From the IMG/VR virus record IMGVR_UViG_3300020421_003230, positions 1 through 64,000 of that record: a DNA stretch of 64,000 nucleotides. One strand, given 5' to 3'. The DNA is from a virus. The position numbers and the translations under genes are program-made. Positions 27,748-38,700 of the stretch are shown here, piece after piece (positions within the stretch are counted from its first letter, which is position 1; every line of letters begins with the position of its first letter). The notes beneath the pieces are model-generated. The model was not told where the DNA came from. It saw only the letters and a list, made by a program, of their open reading frames with translations, and made no database searches.

Positions 27748-28476
27748 ATGCCTCGTAAAGCAGCTAAAGGTTCACCAAGATATTACTTCCATCAAGGAAC
27801 AGAAAATGCTATCATTAGACATAATAAAGAAACTCGACCTCATATGAGGAACAGAATCTATAATGAACATATTCGTACACCATTTGAAAAGTTGTGTGAA
27901 AACATTATCCATACATTTAAGTTTTATTACTTTGATGTTCCAAGTGATGATGTTAAACATGAGGTTGTATCGTTCTTATATATGAACATGCACAAGTTCA
28001 CAGAGGGTAAGGGTAAGGCCTTCTCATACTTCAGTATTGTTGCTAAGAACTATTTGATTCTACACAACAACAATAACTACAAGAGATTAAAACAACATGA
28101 TGGTGAAGAGGTTACGGATTACAAACGAGACCCTATGACTGAACTTCGTGGTAAGGAAAACCAAGAAGTACAATTTGAATATCTACATCAGTTGGTTGAG
28201 TATTGGAAGAATAATCTAACTACCGTTTTCAAACGAAAGAAAGATTTAGATGTTGCCAATGCTGTAGTTCAGTTAATTGAAATGAAAGATAGTATTGATA
28301 ACTTCAACAAGAAGGCATTATATATTTTGATTCGTGAGATGACTGGTTCCAACACACAACACATTACTCGTGTTATCAATGTGATGAAGAAACATCACTA
28401 CCAATTACAAAAGGCATACATTGCTACTGGTTCAATCGAAACCAGATTCACAGGTAGTTGGACTTTCACTAAATAA
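27748..28476 (+). CDS. Phage late sigma-factor-like protein (T4 gp55-like)
   Basis: Region-2-like HKF..GKGKAFSYFSIVAKNYL; sits just upstream of the structural module. Confidence 0.65.
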   Translation: MPRKAAKGSPRYYFHQGTENAIIRHNKETRPHMRNRIYNEHIRTPFEKLCENIIHTFKFYYFDVPSDDVKHEVVSFLYMNMHKFTEGKGKAFSYFSIVAKNYLILHNNNNYKRLKQHDGEEVTDYKRDPMTELRGKENQEVQFEYLHQLVEYWKNNLTTVFKRKKDLDVANAVVQLIEMKDSIDNFNKKALYILIREMTGSNTQHITRVINVMKKHHYQLQKAYIATGSIETRFTGSWTFTK

Positions 28477-28486
28477 TCCAAAGCGT

Positions 28487-28520
28487 AAAAAAGGGGAGCC
28501 TCGGAAAAGACTCCCCTTTT
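28487..28520. terminator. Bidirectional intrinsic terminator
   Basis: AAAAAA-GGGGAG...CTCCCC-TTTT between convergent genes. Confidence 0.8.
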
Positions 28521-28541
28521 ATCGTTCTATCCGATATAGTA

Positions 28542-28763
28542 CTACTTACGGAATAAACCCACTAACACCAACAAAGCGACTAATCCAGCAAATCCAGATT
28601 CGCCGAATGTGTTGATTATAGATGTTAGGTTACCAATAACATTAACGCCGAAGACACCACTTCCAAAGATTACTTCAGAAATCGCACCAATGGCTACCAA
28701 AGATAACATCAAGTCCGCTAGGTCGTTGACATATCCTTTTACGAGTGTTATGATTTCCTTCAT
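28542..28763 (-). CDS. Small two-TM membrane protein
   Basis: Hydrophobic 73 aa with VIGNLTSIINTFGESGFAGLVALLVL; GGGAG RBS on the minus strand. Confidence 0.8.
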   Translation of the reverse strand: MKEIITLVKGYVNDLADLMLSLVAIGAISEVIFGSGVFGVNVIGNLTSIINTFGESGFAGLVALLVLVGLFRK

Positions 28764-28920
28764 ATGGTCTTTTCTCCCGTTAGTTAATCAATTTAGTCGG
28801 AATTTTCCACCGACATAATATAACTATTGTATATATTGAGAAATATTAAATAGTATATAAATATATATGACACTTTTTCCGCATAACTGATATTTATTAT
28901 TGAACCAAAACAGGTAAATT

Positions 28921-29298
28921 ATGGCAATCGATTTCGAAATATTTGATGGAAAAACCTTATCCGATGTATTCAAAGACATCTATGATAATTCTAAAAGAAA
29001 CAAAGAACAGTTAGAAGTACTCATGAAAGAAGTAGTTGGATTCATTAAGGATGGGGATACCGCTGTTCAAATCATTCCTATGTTGAAAGAGTACTTAGAA
29101 ATCAATGTAAAGAATGATGAACAATTAGTTAAACTCGCTACAATCGTACAACGATTAGCTCAAGCAGGAAATAAAAGTGATTCTGATGGGGAGTTCGGTT
29201 TAACTGATAAGGAAAAAGAACAATTGATGAGTTCAATAGAAGAAACAGTAAATGAGTTACAAGACCATAATGATAATATATTACAAAAGATAGAATAA
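28921..29298 (+). CDS. Conserved phage hypothetical (helical)
   Basis: IIPMLKEYLEINVKNDEQLVKLA; first gene of the structural transcript. Confidence 0.75.
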   Translation: MAIDFEIFDGKTLSDVFKDIYDNSKRNKEQLEVLMKEVVGFIKDGDTAVQIIPMLKEYLEINVKNDEQLVKLATIVQRLAQAGNKSDSDGEFGLTDKEKEQLMSSIEETVNELQDHNDNILQKIE

Positions 29299-30452
29299 TG
29301 GCATATGAAAAGAAACCTGGTAGAGGTGTATCTGTACCAGAAACAGGTGGATTACAAACTCTAAATTCACTTAAAAAACGAATAAAAGAAATTATTAAAG
29401 ATTCTGAATTTTATGAATTAGAACCATTAGAAGTTCTTGAAGTACATTTAGATGAAACTAAATCGTCCTTTCCACTTAAAGATGACCAACCAGATTATTC
29501 TTACATCGGTGGTGTACTTGGTAGATTTATTTATTCCGACCAAGGTTTAAATATTGATAGATGTAAAAATTTTAAACCACTCAATCCTAATATGAATAGT
29601 ACACCAGTAGTTGGTGAGGTTGTTATTGGTGTAAGATATCTATCAGATTTTTATTACATTAGTTCTTTAAATTTATTTGGTAATCCTAATTTAAATGCAC
29701 AACATGGAGTAAGTAGATTAAAAAGAAAGAACACATTAGAATCTGAATTAGGTTTAGATACACCTAATGAGGGTGATGATAAAGGAACTAAGATAGGTTA
29801 TTATATAGATGAGGGTAGAGATACCGATGCAAGAAAACTATTACCTAATGAGGGTGATATTATTATTGAGGGTAGATTCGGAAATACTATACGATTAGGT
29901 AGTGATGTAAAAAACGAAAATACTGAATCACCAAATATTATTTTAAATGTTGGTCAAAGTAAAGATGAGTTCCCTAATACAAAACAACCAATAGAAGAAA
30001 AAGTTGATACTGATGGTTCAAGTATTTACATGACCACAAATCAAACATTAGAATTTGTAGGTGGTATGGAAACTCAATTAGTAACTGGCCCTTATGAGGG
30101 AAACAATATTTTAATTAGTTCCGATAGAATTTTATTTAACACAAAGAATGGTGGTGATATAGGAATGTTTAGTAACAACAATTTATCGTTGGGTGCTAAA
30201 ACAGAAGTAGTACTTGAATCTCCTGTAGTAAAGGTTGGTAGTACAGGTGCTTCAGAACCACAAGTGTTAGGACAAATATTATATGATAAGTTGGATGCTT
30301 TAGTAACTGCCATAGGTGGTGTTACTGGAATACCAACACCAACAGGCCCTACTCCTGGCCCAATACAAGCGGCACCAAATTGGAGTTCGGTAACATCAGC
30401 CATGAGTGCTGTGAAAGATGCTTTAAGTTCAAAGCACAAAATAGATGAGTAA
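29298..30452 (+). CDS. Baseplate hub/central spike protein (gp5/gpV-like)
   Basis: OB-fold-like PVVGEVV, EGDIIIEGRFGNTIRLG, beta-helical C-terminus. Confidence 0.65.
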   Translation: MAYEKKPGRGVSVPETGGLQTLNSLKKRIKEIIKDSEFYELEPLEVLEVHLDETKSSFPLKDDQPDYSYIGGVLGRFIYSDQGLNIDRCKNFKPLNPNMNSTPVVGEVVIGVRYLSDFYYISSLNLFGNPNLNAQHGVSRLKRKNTLESELGLDTPNEGDDKGTKIGYYIDEGRDTDARKLLPNEGDIIIEGRFGNTIRLGSDVKNENTESPNIILNVGQSKDEFPNTKQPIEEKVDTDGSSIYMTTNQTLEFVGGMETQLVTGPYEGNNILISSDRILFNTKNGGDIGMFSNNNLSLGAKTEVVLESPVVKVGSTGASEPQVLGQILYDKLDALVTAIGGVTGIPTPTGPTPGPIQAAPNWSSVTSAMSAVKDALSSKHKIDE

Positions 30453-30455
30453 AAT

Positions 30456-30908
30456 ATGAGTTGGTCGATATTTAAGAGTGAGTATAAAAAAGGTTTAAAT
30501 AATGATGATGATATGGCTACGGTAATTGCCGAGGCATATGATAAATGTGTAAAGTTAGGAGTAGCAGTTCCACCAGCAATTGGCCCAATGGCTTCAACAA
30601 ATATGGCTGGATTAGAAGGTCAGTTGAAGGCGTGTTTTAATAGTAGAGGTAAATACAAATTAGATGTGGGGCTACAAGTTGGTTTAACTTTATATTGGTT
30701 AGGTGGAGCAACAGCAGGTGGGAGTACAGTTGTGGCACCAGGTATATTTTCTGGATACCTAACTGCAATAGCAAAGAATTCGAATGATGTTGATGAGTAT
30801 TGTGATTACTTGATTGAATGTTTTAACAGATATCATGGGCAGGTAAGTTTTATAACACCAGCCGCACCATCACCACTACCATCAGTAGGTTATAATGTAT
30901 CAAACTAA
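30456..30908 (+). CDS. Hypothetical structural-module protein
   Basis: Position between the spike and gp25-like genes. Confidence 0.65.
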   Translation: MSWSIFKSEYKKGLNNDDDMATVIAEAYDKCVKLGVAVPPAIGPMASTNMAGLEGQLKACFNSRGKYKLDVGLQVGLTLYWLGGATAGGSTVVAPGIFSGYLTAIAKNSNDVDEYCDYLIECFNRYHGQVSFITPAAPSPLPSVGYNVSN

Positions 30909-30919
30909 AGGAGTTAGAA

Positions 30920-31375
30920 ATGACTAAAAAAGCACTTGTAAAAATAATACAAGAAGTAGTTCGTAGAGAAGTACAAAAAGAGGTGAACAAACTATTTATT
31001 AAGGAGAATAAATCTTCTCTTAAATCTCTTGCACCCAAGAAGAAAGTTGTGAAAAAGAAACGAGTTCAGTATACTGATAATAAATCTTTAAATGACATAC
31101 TCAATGAAACCGTAGGTTTAAGTAAGGGTGATTCAGAAATGGATGAATATCCAACAATGGGTGGAGGGGCTTTCGATTCAAGTAGAGCTTCTGAACTTTT
31201 AGGATATGGTGATAGCACTTTTGGAGATGATGAAACAAAGAGAAATATGAATGCAGCTCAAACACTAAGAGAAAAAGGCGTTTCAACAGAACAAGTACCT
31301 GAATCATTAGTAAATGCACTCACAAGAGATTATTCAGATTTAATGAAAAACGATAAGTTCAAGGGTAAAAAATAA
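30920..31375 (+). CDS. Hypothetical structural-module protein
   Basis: KIIQEVVRREV N-terminus; ALTRDYSDLMK C-terminus. Confidence 0.7.
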   Translation: MTKKALVKIIQEVVRREVQKEVNKLFIKENKSSLKSLAPKKKVVKKKRVQYTDNKSLNDILNETVGLSKGDSEMDEYPTMGGGAFDSSRASELLGYGDSTFGDDETKRNMNAAQTLREKGVSTEQVPESLVNALTRDYSDLMKNDKFKGKK

Positions 31376-31794
31376 TGGCATCAATCAGAGAGTTAAATGA
31401 AGATAGAGATTCTTTTTTTGGATTAACTTTCCCACTACGAGTTGGTACTGATAATAATTTTATCAGGTCACAAACTTTAAGGGAACAAGTTTCTTCAAAT
31501 ATTAAGAACCTATTATTAACTCACAAAGGTGAAAGAGTTGGGCAACCAAATTTTGGTAGTAGATTACCAGCCATTTTATTTGAACCTATTGATAATACAA
31601 TTGGTGATAAGATAGAAGAAGCAATTCATGAGGCACTTGCAGAGTGGTTACCTTATGTTGTTGCTGAAAATGTTATAACAGTTACTGATGAAAAAAATCC
31701 TAACTCATTAATCGTTAGTTTAGAATTTAGGGTAACAATTGATGACCCTGATTCTATTGAAACAATAACATTTAATTTTAATACTGGAGCTTAA
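31375..31794 (+). CDS. Baseplate protein, gp25-like
   Basis: NIKNLLLTHKGERVGQPNFGSRL..LFEP...WLPYV. Confidence 0.92.
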   Translation: MASIRELNEDRDSFFGLTFPLRVGTDNNFIRSQTLREQVSSNIKNLLLTHKGERVGQPNFGSRLPAILFEPIDNTIGDKIEEAIHEALAEWLPYVVAENVITVTDEKNPNSLIVSLEFRVTIDDPDSIETITFNFNTGA

Positions 31795-31795
31795 G

Positions 31796-33769
31796 ATGCC
31801 ATCACAAAATCCTGATTTTAATACAAGTAAGAAAAGTGTAAAGAAAGAAGTTTCTTACTTAGGTAGAGAGTTTGGTTCAATCAGAAATAACTTGGTTGAA
31901 TTTGCTAAATCCTACTTCCCAAAAACATATAACGATTTCAATGAATCAGACCCTGGTATGATGTTCATAGAGATGGCAGCATATGTTGGTGATATGTTAA
32001 ACTTTTATATTGATAATCAATATCGTGAAACACTTTTACACTCTGCAGAAGAAAAGAAAAACATTTTTAAGATTGCACAATCATATGGATACAAACCAAA
32101 ATTAAGTTCACCTGCAACTGCTATATGTTCTTTATCAGTACAGGTTCCTGCTATTCAAGTGGGTGATTCATATCAGGCAGATTTAAACTATGCTCCTACT
32201 ATTGATGCTGATAGTACATTACAATCAACAGGTGGAACATCATTTAGATTAGTAGATGATATTAACTTCAAGGCATCAAGTTCATTAGATAATATGATTA
32301 CTGAAGTATCACAAACATCTGGTACTAATCCAACACATTTTAAATTAACTAAATCTGCAATTGCTAAATCAGGAACAAAAACTTCTCAGAATTTTTCATT
32401 TGGAAATGCTGTTAAGTTTGATAAAATTATTTTAAACAACAATGATATAATTGATATTATCAGTTGTGTTGATAGTAACGGAGATGAATGGTACGAGGTT
32501 CCTTTCCTTGCACAAGATACAGTATTTAGTTCTATAGAAAATACAGATTTAAATAGTCCTGATTTATCTTCATTCAAAAAGGAATCACCATTTTTATTAA
32601 AGTTAATTAAAACTTCTAAGAGATTTACAAGATATATTAGAAGTGATGGTAAAACAGAAATTAGATTTGGTGCTGGTGTTAGTAATAATGCTGATGAAGA
32701 AATTATACCTAATCCAGATAATGTTGGTAGTTCACTTGGTACAGGTTTATCTAAACTTGATGAATCGTTTGACCCAAGTAATTTCTTGAAAACACAAACT
32801 TATGGATTAGCACCAAGTAATACAACACTAACAATTACTTATACACATGGTGGTAGTATAAAAGATAATGCACCATCAAATACAATATCTAATTTAGATG
32901 AAGTTAACTTCACAATAGATGAATCAGGATTAGATAGTACAGCTATTACTGATATGAAATCAAGTTTATCAGTAAACAATTCAACACCAGCAACTGGTGG
33001 TTCAAGTGGTGAAACTATAGAAGAAGTTAGACAAAATGCATTGGCATATTTTAATTCACAGAACAGAGCTGTTACTAAGGAAGATTATATTATTAGAACA
33101 TATTCCTTACCACAAAAGTTTGGTAACATTGCAAAAACTTATATTGTACAAGATGAACAATTAGAAGAATTTACTAATCTAATTATGCAAGATGGAAAGA
33201 TTGTAAAGAATGCAGGAAGTACTGCTATTCCAAATCCACTGGCACTAAATATGTATGTGTTGGGTTACGATGCAAAAAGTAATCTTGTTAGTTTGAATAG
33301 GGCAGTAAAACAAAATTTAAAAACATATTTATCTGAATATAGATTAATGACAGATGCGATTAATATTAAGAATGCTTACATTGTAAATATTGGTGTAAGA
33401 TTCTCAATCATTACACAACGAGGATTTAACAAGAACGAAGTATTATTACGATGTGTTGATGAGATGAAGAAACACTTTGATGTTAAGAAGTGGCAGATAG
33501 GGCAACCGATTATTCTAAGTGATGTTGCTTACAAACTTTCATTAGTGGATGGTGTGGCAAGTGTTGTTCCACCAGCAGATGATAATCCACAGAAACAAAT
33601 GGTTGTTATTGAAAATAAATTCCAAACTTCAAGTGGGTATAGTGGTCATGTATATGATATGCAATCAGCTACAAAAGATGGTGTGATATATCCATCATTA
33701 GACCCATGTATCTTTGAAGTAAAATTCCCGAACATAGATATTTCGGGTAGAGTAATAGGAGATATTTAA
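31796..33769 (+). CDS. Baseplate wedge protein, gp6/baseplate-J-like
   Basis: YNDFNESDPG..FIEMAAYVGD, IRFGAG and ATGG...QNRAVTKEDY motifs. Confidence 0.9.
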   Translation: MPSQNPDFNTSKKSVKKEVSYLGREFGSIRNNLVEFAKSYFPKTYNDFNESDPGMMFIEMAAYVGDMLNFYIDNQYRETLLHSAEEKKNIFKIAQSYGYKPKLSSPATAICSLSVQVPAIQVGDSYQADLNYAPTIDADSTLQSTGGTSFRLVDDINFKASSSLDNMITEVSQTSGTNPTHFKLTKSAIAKSGTKTSQNFSFGNAVKFDKIILNNNDIIDIISCVDSNGDEWYEVPFLAQDTVFSSIENTDLNSPDLSSFKKESPFLLKLIKTSKRFTRYIRSDGKTEIRFGAGVSNNADEEIIPNPDNVGSSLGTGLSKLDESFDPSNFLKTQTYGLAPSNTTLTITYTHGGSIKDNAPSNTISNLDEVNFTIDESGLDSTAITDMKSSLSVNNSTPATGGSSGETIEEVRQNALAYFNSQNRAVTKEDYIIRTYSLPQKFGNIAKTYIVQDEQLEEFTNLIMQDGKIVKNAGSTAIPNPLALNMYVLGYDAKSNLVSLNRAVKQNLKTYLSEYRLMTDAINIKNAYIVNIGVRFSIITQRGFNKNEVLLRCVDEMKKHFDVKKWQIGQPIILSDVAYKLSLVDGVASVVPPADDNPQKQMVVIENKFQTSSGYSGHVYDMQSATKDGVIYPSLDPCIFEVKFPNIDISGRVIGDI

Positions 33770-34929
33770 TGCATTATTTTGAATACCCGATAACTGATAC
33801 AACAATTTATGAGGGAAATGTAACTTCATCAATCAATACAGGCTTAGACCAAATATTAGAAGTAGAGAAGAATATAAACTCTTCAGGTACTACTATTTCA
33901 GTATCTCGTATATTAATGAAGTTTGATTATTCTTATATTTCACAATCAATACAAGATGGTATTATTCCAAGTACTGCAAAATTCTATTTGAATCTATATG
34001 ATGCAAGTTCAGAAGAGTTGGCAGTAGAACAATCACTACATGCTTACATAATTAGTGGAAGTTGGAATGGTGGAACAGGAACCAAAGATAGGAGTCCAGC
34101 ACTAAGTGATGGTGCTAGTTGGAAGTATCGTGATAATGATACAACCAAATCTACATGGATGGGTGGAACCGATACTAATCAAGGTGGTAGTTGGTTTACA
34201 AGTTCTGTATCACAATACAATGTTAGTGCATCAGAAAATTTAGTTTATGAAACAAAAGATATAAGAATGGATGTAAGTGGTTTGGTTAAGAATCACATCT
34301 ATAGTGGTTCAACATATCCAAACAATGGTTTTATAATCAAGAGAGAAAATCTACACACATCATCAAGTAGATATTCTATCTTTGACCCTGCAACTGCTAC
34401 TGGTTCGGCTGAACATGATACGAATCCATTAGGACAACTAAAGTTTTTCTCAAGAGAAACAAATACAATCTTTCCACCTAAGTTAGAAATTGAGTGGGAT
34501 GATTCAAGTTGGAATACAGGTAGTTTAAGTGCTTTGGGTTCAACAGATTTAGAAAACTTAACAATTTATTTTAAAGGGTTAAGAGATGAATACAAACAAA
34601 ACTCAAAAGTGAAGTTTAGAATTGTAGGTCGTGAATTATATCCTACTCGTGGATTCGATACTACACCAGCAGCATTGACTGTTAAAACATTACCAAGTGG
34701 TAGTACATTTTATTCTGTGGTTGATTCTTTAACTGATGATGTATTAATACCATTCGGTACTGGCTCACTTGTAAGTTGTGATTCACAAGGAAACCAATTT
34801 AATTTATGGATGAATGGGTTTATGCCAGAAAGGCACTACAAATTCCAAATTAAAGTAGTGAGTGGAAGTGGAGCAGATGAAACTTCACAAGTATATGATG
34901 ATGGATTTGAATTTAAAGTGGTGAGATAA
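33769..34929 (+). CDS. Virion structural protein (DNRLRE-like beta domain)
   Basis: DTTIY..NTGLDQILE...SRILMKF...FFSRET..FPPKLEIEW. Confidence 0.65.
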   Translation: MHYFEYPITDTTIYEGNVTSSINTGLDQILEVEKNINSSGTTISVSRILMKFDYSYISQSIQDGIIPSTAKFYLNLYDASSEELAVEQSLHAYIISGSWNGGTGTKDRSPALSDGASWKYRDNDTTKSTWMGGTDTNQGGSWFTSSVSQYNVSASENLVYETKDIRMDVSGLVKNHIYSGSTYPNNGFIIKRENLHTSSSRYSIFDPATATGSAEHDTNPLGQLKFFSRETNTIFPPKLEIEWDDSSWNTGSLSALGSTDLENLTIYFKGLRDEYKQNSKVKFRIVGRELYPTRGFDTTPAALTVKTLPSGSTFYSVVDSLTDDVLIPFGTGSLVSCDSQGNQFNLWMNGFMPERHYKFQIKVVSGSGADETSQVYDDGFEFKVVR

Positions 34930-34930
34930 A

Positions 34931-35227
34931 ATGCCTTATATAATTGCAGAACCATGTGTAAGTACTTGTGATACAGCTTGTGTTGAGGTATGTCCTGTTG
35001 ATTGTATTCATGGGCCTTTTGATAAAGAGGGTAGAGGTGAAGAAGCAAAAGCAGATGGATTTAATCCTGATGGGTTACAATTATATATCAATCCTGAAGA
35101 GTGTATTGATTGTGGAGCTTGTGAACCTGAATGTCCTGTAGAAGCAATCTTTGATGAAGATGAGATACCTGATGAGTGGAACAAATATATTAAATTAAAT
35201 TATGATTATTTTGGTGTGGAGCAATAA
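34931..35227 (+). CDS. Dicluster ferredoxin (FdxA/7Fe-type)
   Basis: CVSTCDTACVEVCPVDCI and CIDCGACEPECP. Confidence 0.93.
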   Translation: MPYIIAEPCVSTCDTACVEVCPVDCIHGPFDKEGRGEEAKADGFNPDGLQLYINPEECIDCGACEPECPVEAIFDEDEIPDEWNKYIKLNYDYFGVEQ

Positions 35228-35712
35228 TGCCGTATACAATTAAACAAGCAAAGAAACAAGATTTCTATCGTAATGTTCAAGATGCAGATGAACAAAAACA
35301 TTTGAAAAGACTTGAGGAAGATAAGAAGAGAGCTCAGATATCTGGTTCTGCTATCGATGCAACTAATCCATTACGAGATGAGGATGGTTCATTACTATCT
35401 TATGAAGACCCTTTCAATATTTCAAGAAGTGGTAAACCAATATCATTAGAAGAACCATTTCAGTATGTAAGAATACCATTAACACAAAAATCATCTACCT
35501 ATAGTTTATTTTATAAATTTATAGATGATAAGAATAAGTTTAGTGAATTCTTACCAAACATAGTAGAAGAAGAAGAACCTGAAGTAACACCAGAAGAATT
35601 AGAAACATTAAGAACACAATTAGAAACTGATGTTGCAACACAACAAGAATTAAATACTACATTGGAAACTGAAATAGCAAATCTACAACAAAGAATACAG
35701 GACCTTCAATAA
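35227..35712 (+). CDS. Hypothetical protein with C-terminal coiled coil
   Basis: Coupled ORF in the structural operon. Confidence 0.7.
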   Translation: MPYTIKQAKKQDFYRNVQDADEQKHLKRLEEDKKRAQISGSAIDATNPLRDEDGSLLSYEDPFNISRSGKPISLEEPFQYVRIPLTQKSSTYSLFYKFIDDKNKFSEFLPNIVEEEEPEVTPEELETLRTQLETDVATQQELNTTLETEIANLQQRIQDLQ

Positions 35713-38700
35713 TGTTACAATACGGATTAACACCTAAAGATAAAGAACAATTTGAATCACCTAAAGAACTCTACACAGGTTTTGGTAGAGGACAGCGTGA
35801 TTATATTCATATCTATGTATATGATTCTGAAGATAAGTTTTTACAAGAAGAAATCTTTCCTGTAAGTGAGATTGATATATCAAGTGATGAAAGAGTTGCT
35901 GATATTGATGTTGGTACACATCTTCGTGATATGGGGTATACTGAAGGTCAGTACAAAGTTAAATATCTTTTCTTAAGAAGATTAGCTGGTAAAGACCAAA
36001 CCGTATTTGTAAATGATGAGGGATTCGTACATACAAATAAAGTTCAAACTAAATTAATAAATGGTGAAACAAAATATTATGCTACAAAGAAATTTGGTAA
36101 AAGACAATCACGACAAGAACTAAAACAAATATTTCCAAAAGAATTAAAATATGTTGTAAAGAAAATATCTTCGGATAGAACAGAGGTGGAAGTTGATACT
36201 CAAGAGATTCAAAATACTTTATACAATAAGAATTTTAGAGAAATCAATAAGATGATTAACTACACACCAACCATGTCAAGGTTGTTGCCAGGTGCTGGAA
36301 ACATTAGGTTTGATTTGACGGATAAGAATGTATTGATTGCGGAGTTGAATAGTGGTGATAGAGGATTTACGGATGATATGGTTGGTGGTATTATTACTAT
36401 CAAAAATGTTTATTCAATAGAGGCTCAAACACTTGAACCAACACCACCGCCACCACCACCAAGAGGTGTAGTACAACCATCACCTGAAAATGTTGAAGTT
36501 GTTAATCAACAATTAAATTCAGAACCAAGACCATTAATGGAAATGGTAGAAGAACAAGTACAAGATTATGAACAAGGTAATTTTGATGATGATAGATATG
36601 GTAGTGTTTGTTTTCATGGTGATACAAGAATTAAATTAAATAACAATCGTTCCATACCAATTAAAATGATTAAACCAGGTATGAGAGTAAAAACAGAATT
36701 AGGATATGCAAAAGTTCTTAAGGTTGTTAAAGATGGTAGACCTGATGGAGAGAAGTTGGTAAAGTTTGGTAGATTAATTACTACAGATAACCATCCAATT
36801 AAACATCGTGGTCAATGGCATTTAGCAAAAGAAGTTGGTACACAATTTAAATCAAATTCATTAGAAGTATGGAATTTAATATTAGATAAACATCATACAA
36901 TTTATGCTAACAATATAGTTAGTGCTACACTTGGTAAATGGAATAGTATAGAACATTTCTTACGAGTAAAAGATAATCGTATTAATATGTTAAGACCTAT
37001 GCGTGAAAGTGATAATGGTGATGGAACTTTTACTGAAGAGAGTATCCCACAATCAAATGCATATCTATCTGATAATGAAGTAGTTGTTAAAGATATACCA
37101 CCTACTGTCGATAGATTTTTTGTAGAAACTAAAATGTTTGAGGCTGCTGCACTTGGAACACCAATTCCAACACCAGAACCATCAACAAGAATCTCACTTG
37201 ATTATAAAGCAAAAATTGTAGAGGTATTAGATTACAATCGTGTTCGTGTTAACATCTCATATGAAGAGGGTGCTAACAAACAAGGACATAGTGGTGAAGA
37301 TAATGCTAATAAGATATTTGATGATGGGTTCATGGTTAACTTTACAAAATCAGATATTGTAAGATTAAATACTTACCTTGTTGTTAATGGTACTTATAAC
37401 TTAGTTACAAATACTATGGATAACAAAGATGGTAGTTCTCGTTATTTTAAATTATTTGATAAGTTACCTGATGAAGTAAATGAATTTGATTTATGTTATT
37501 TTGTAGAAGAGAAAATGGATTCATATAATGATGTAGTTAAGTTGGTTCCGTTTGTAGAGGATGAAGATGAAGTTTTATTTTTAAGACTACCTGATTTTAA
37601 TTCTGTAAGTAATCCTATTAGTATGAGGTCTACACACTTCAATACATTTAATGATTTGGTTGGTACAGATACAACTGTAAAACAAGATATACAAAATAAA
37701 GTTCTATCTTCAAGTTTATTAGATGTACAAGTAAATGTAGATTACACTAAGAGAACAGATATTATAGACCCATTGGTAAATGATTATGGGTTTGGTAATT
37801 TCATAATGTTTGGAAGTGCAGAAAAAAGAATACAAAATTTTAAAAAGAAAGTAGAATTAATTGAAACATATACATCATCAAGTTTATCGATAGCAAATGT
37901 TACAGGTTCTGCTAATACTAAACTTGAATTTGATAATAAGAAAAGAAGAGTAATAAATTCTTTTGACCCGTATGAAAATTTTCTATATTTTGAAAGTTCT
38001 TCATATGCCTCAAGTTCAATTGGAGAGTTCAATGATGCAAGTTGGCCAAAAGAAACTTCTACAGAACCTTACACTTTAGTTCACACAAGTGGTTCTAATG
38101 CTATCAGTTGGTTTAACACTTGGACTGGATATGCAAAAGATTATGATAGATTGAATCGTGAAAGATTAGTTAATAATTTACCACTTCATGTTAGTGCTGA
38201 TGTAGAAAATAATTTCTTCTTAGATTTTATGGATATGACTGGACAACAATTTGATGAGATATTTGTTTACTTAAGACACTTCACAGATATCAACGAAAGA
38301 ACAAGTAAGTTGAGTGAGGGTATCTCAAAAGATATTGTACAAGAGGTTGCTAAATCTATGGGAATAGATGTGGTGAATGGTAATGATTTATTAATCTTAC
38401 CGAAGTACCTATTAGGTAAAGATGCTGATGGTACAAGTTTATTTGAAACACCACAAGAAAAGGTAACGGAAGAAATATGGAAAAGAATTTTAGCTAACTC
38501 ACCTTTCTTCATGAAAACAAAAGGAACTAAGAGAGCATTAAAAGGATTAATGAATTGTTATGGTATACCAAGTACTATACTAAGAGTAAGAGAATATGGT
38601 GGGCCTGATAAAGGAACTGCTGTTAGTTATGATTTTAAAAGAAAGTTTACATATGCATTAGATTTTAAATCAAGTGAGTATTTAGAGTTGCCATGGAAAG

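Noticed and set aside
1-28476. Cellular chromosome or prophage-host junction
   Set aside because: Host-like genes are interspersed with phage hypotheticals and share promoter motifs and base composition with the rest; no integrase or ribosomal operon.
28421-28818. Two + strand ORFs (64 and 69 aa)
   Set aside because: They span the terminator or lie antisense to the better-supported minus-strand membrane gene.
36609-36935. Canonical splicing intein or homing element
   Set aside because: No terminal His-Asn followed by Cys/Ser/Thr and no endonuclease domain.
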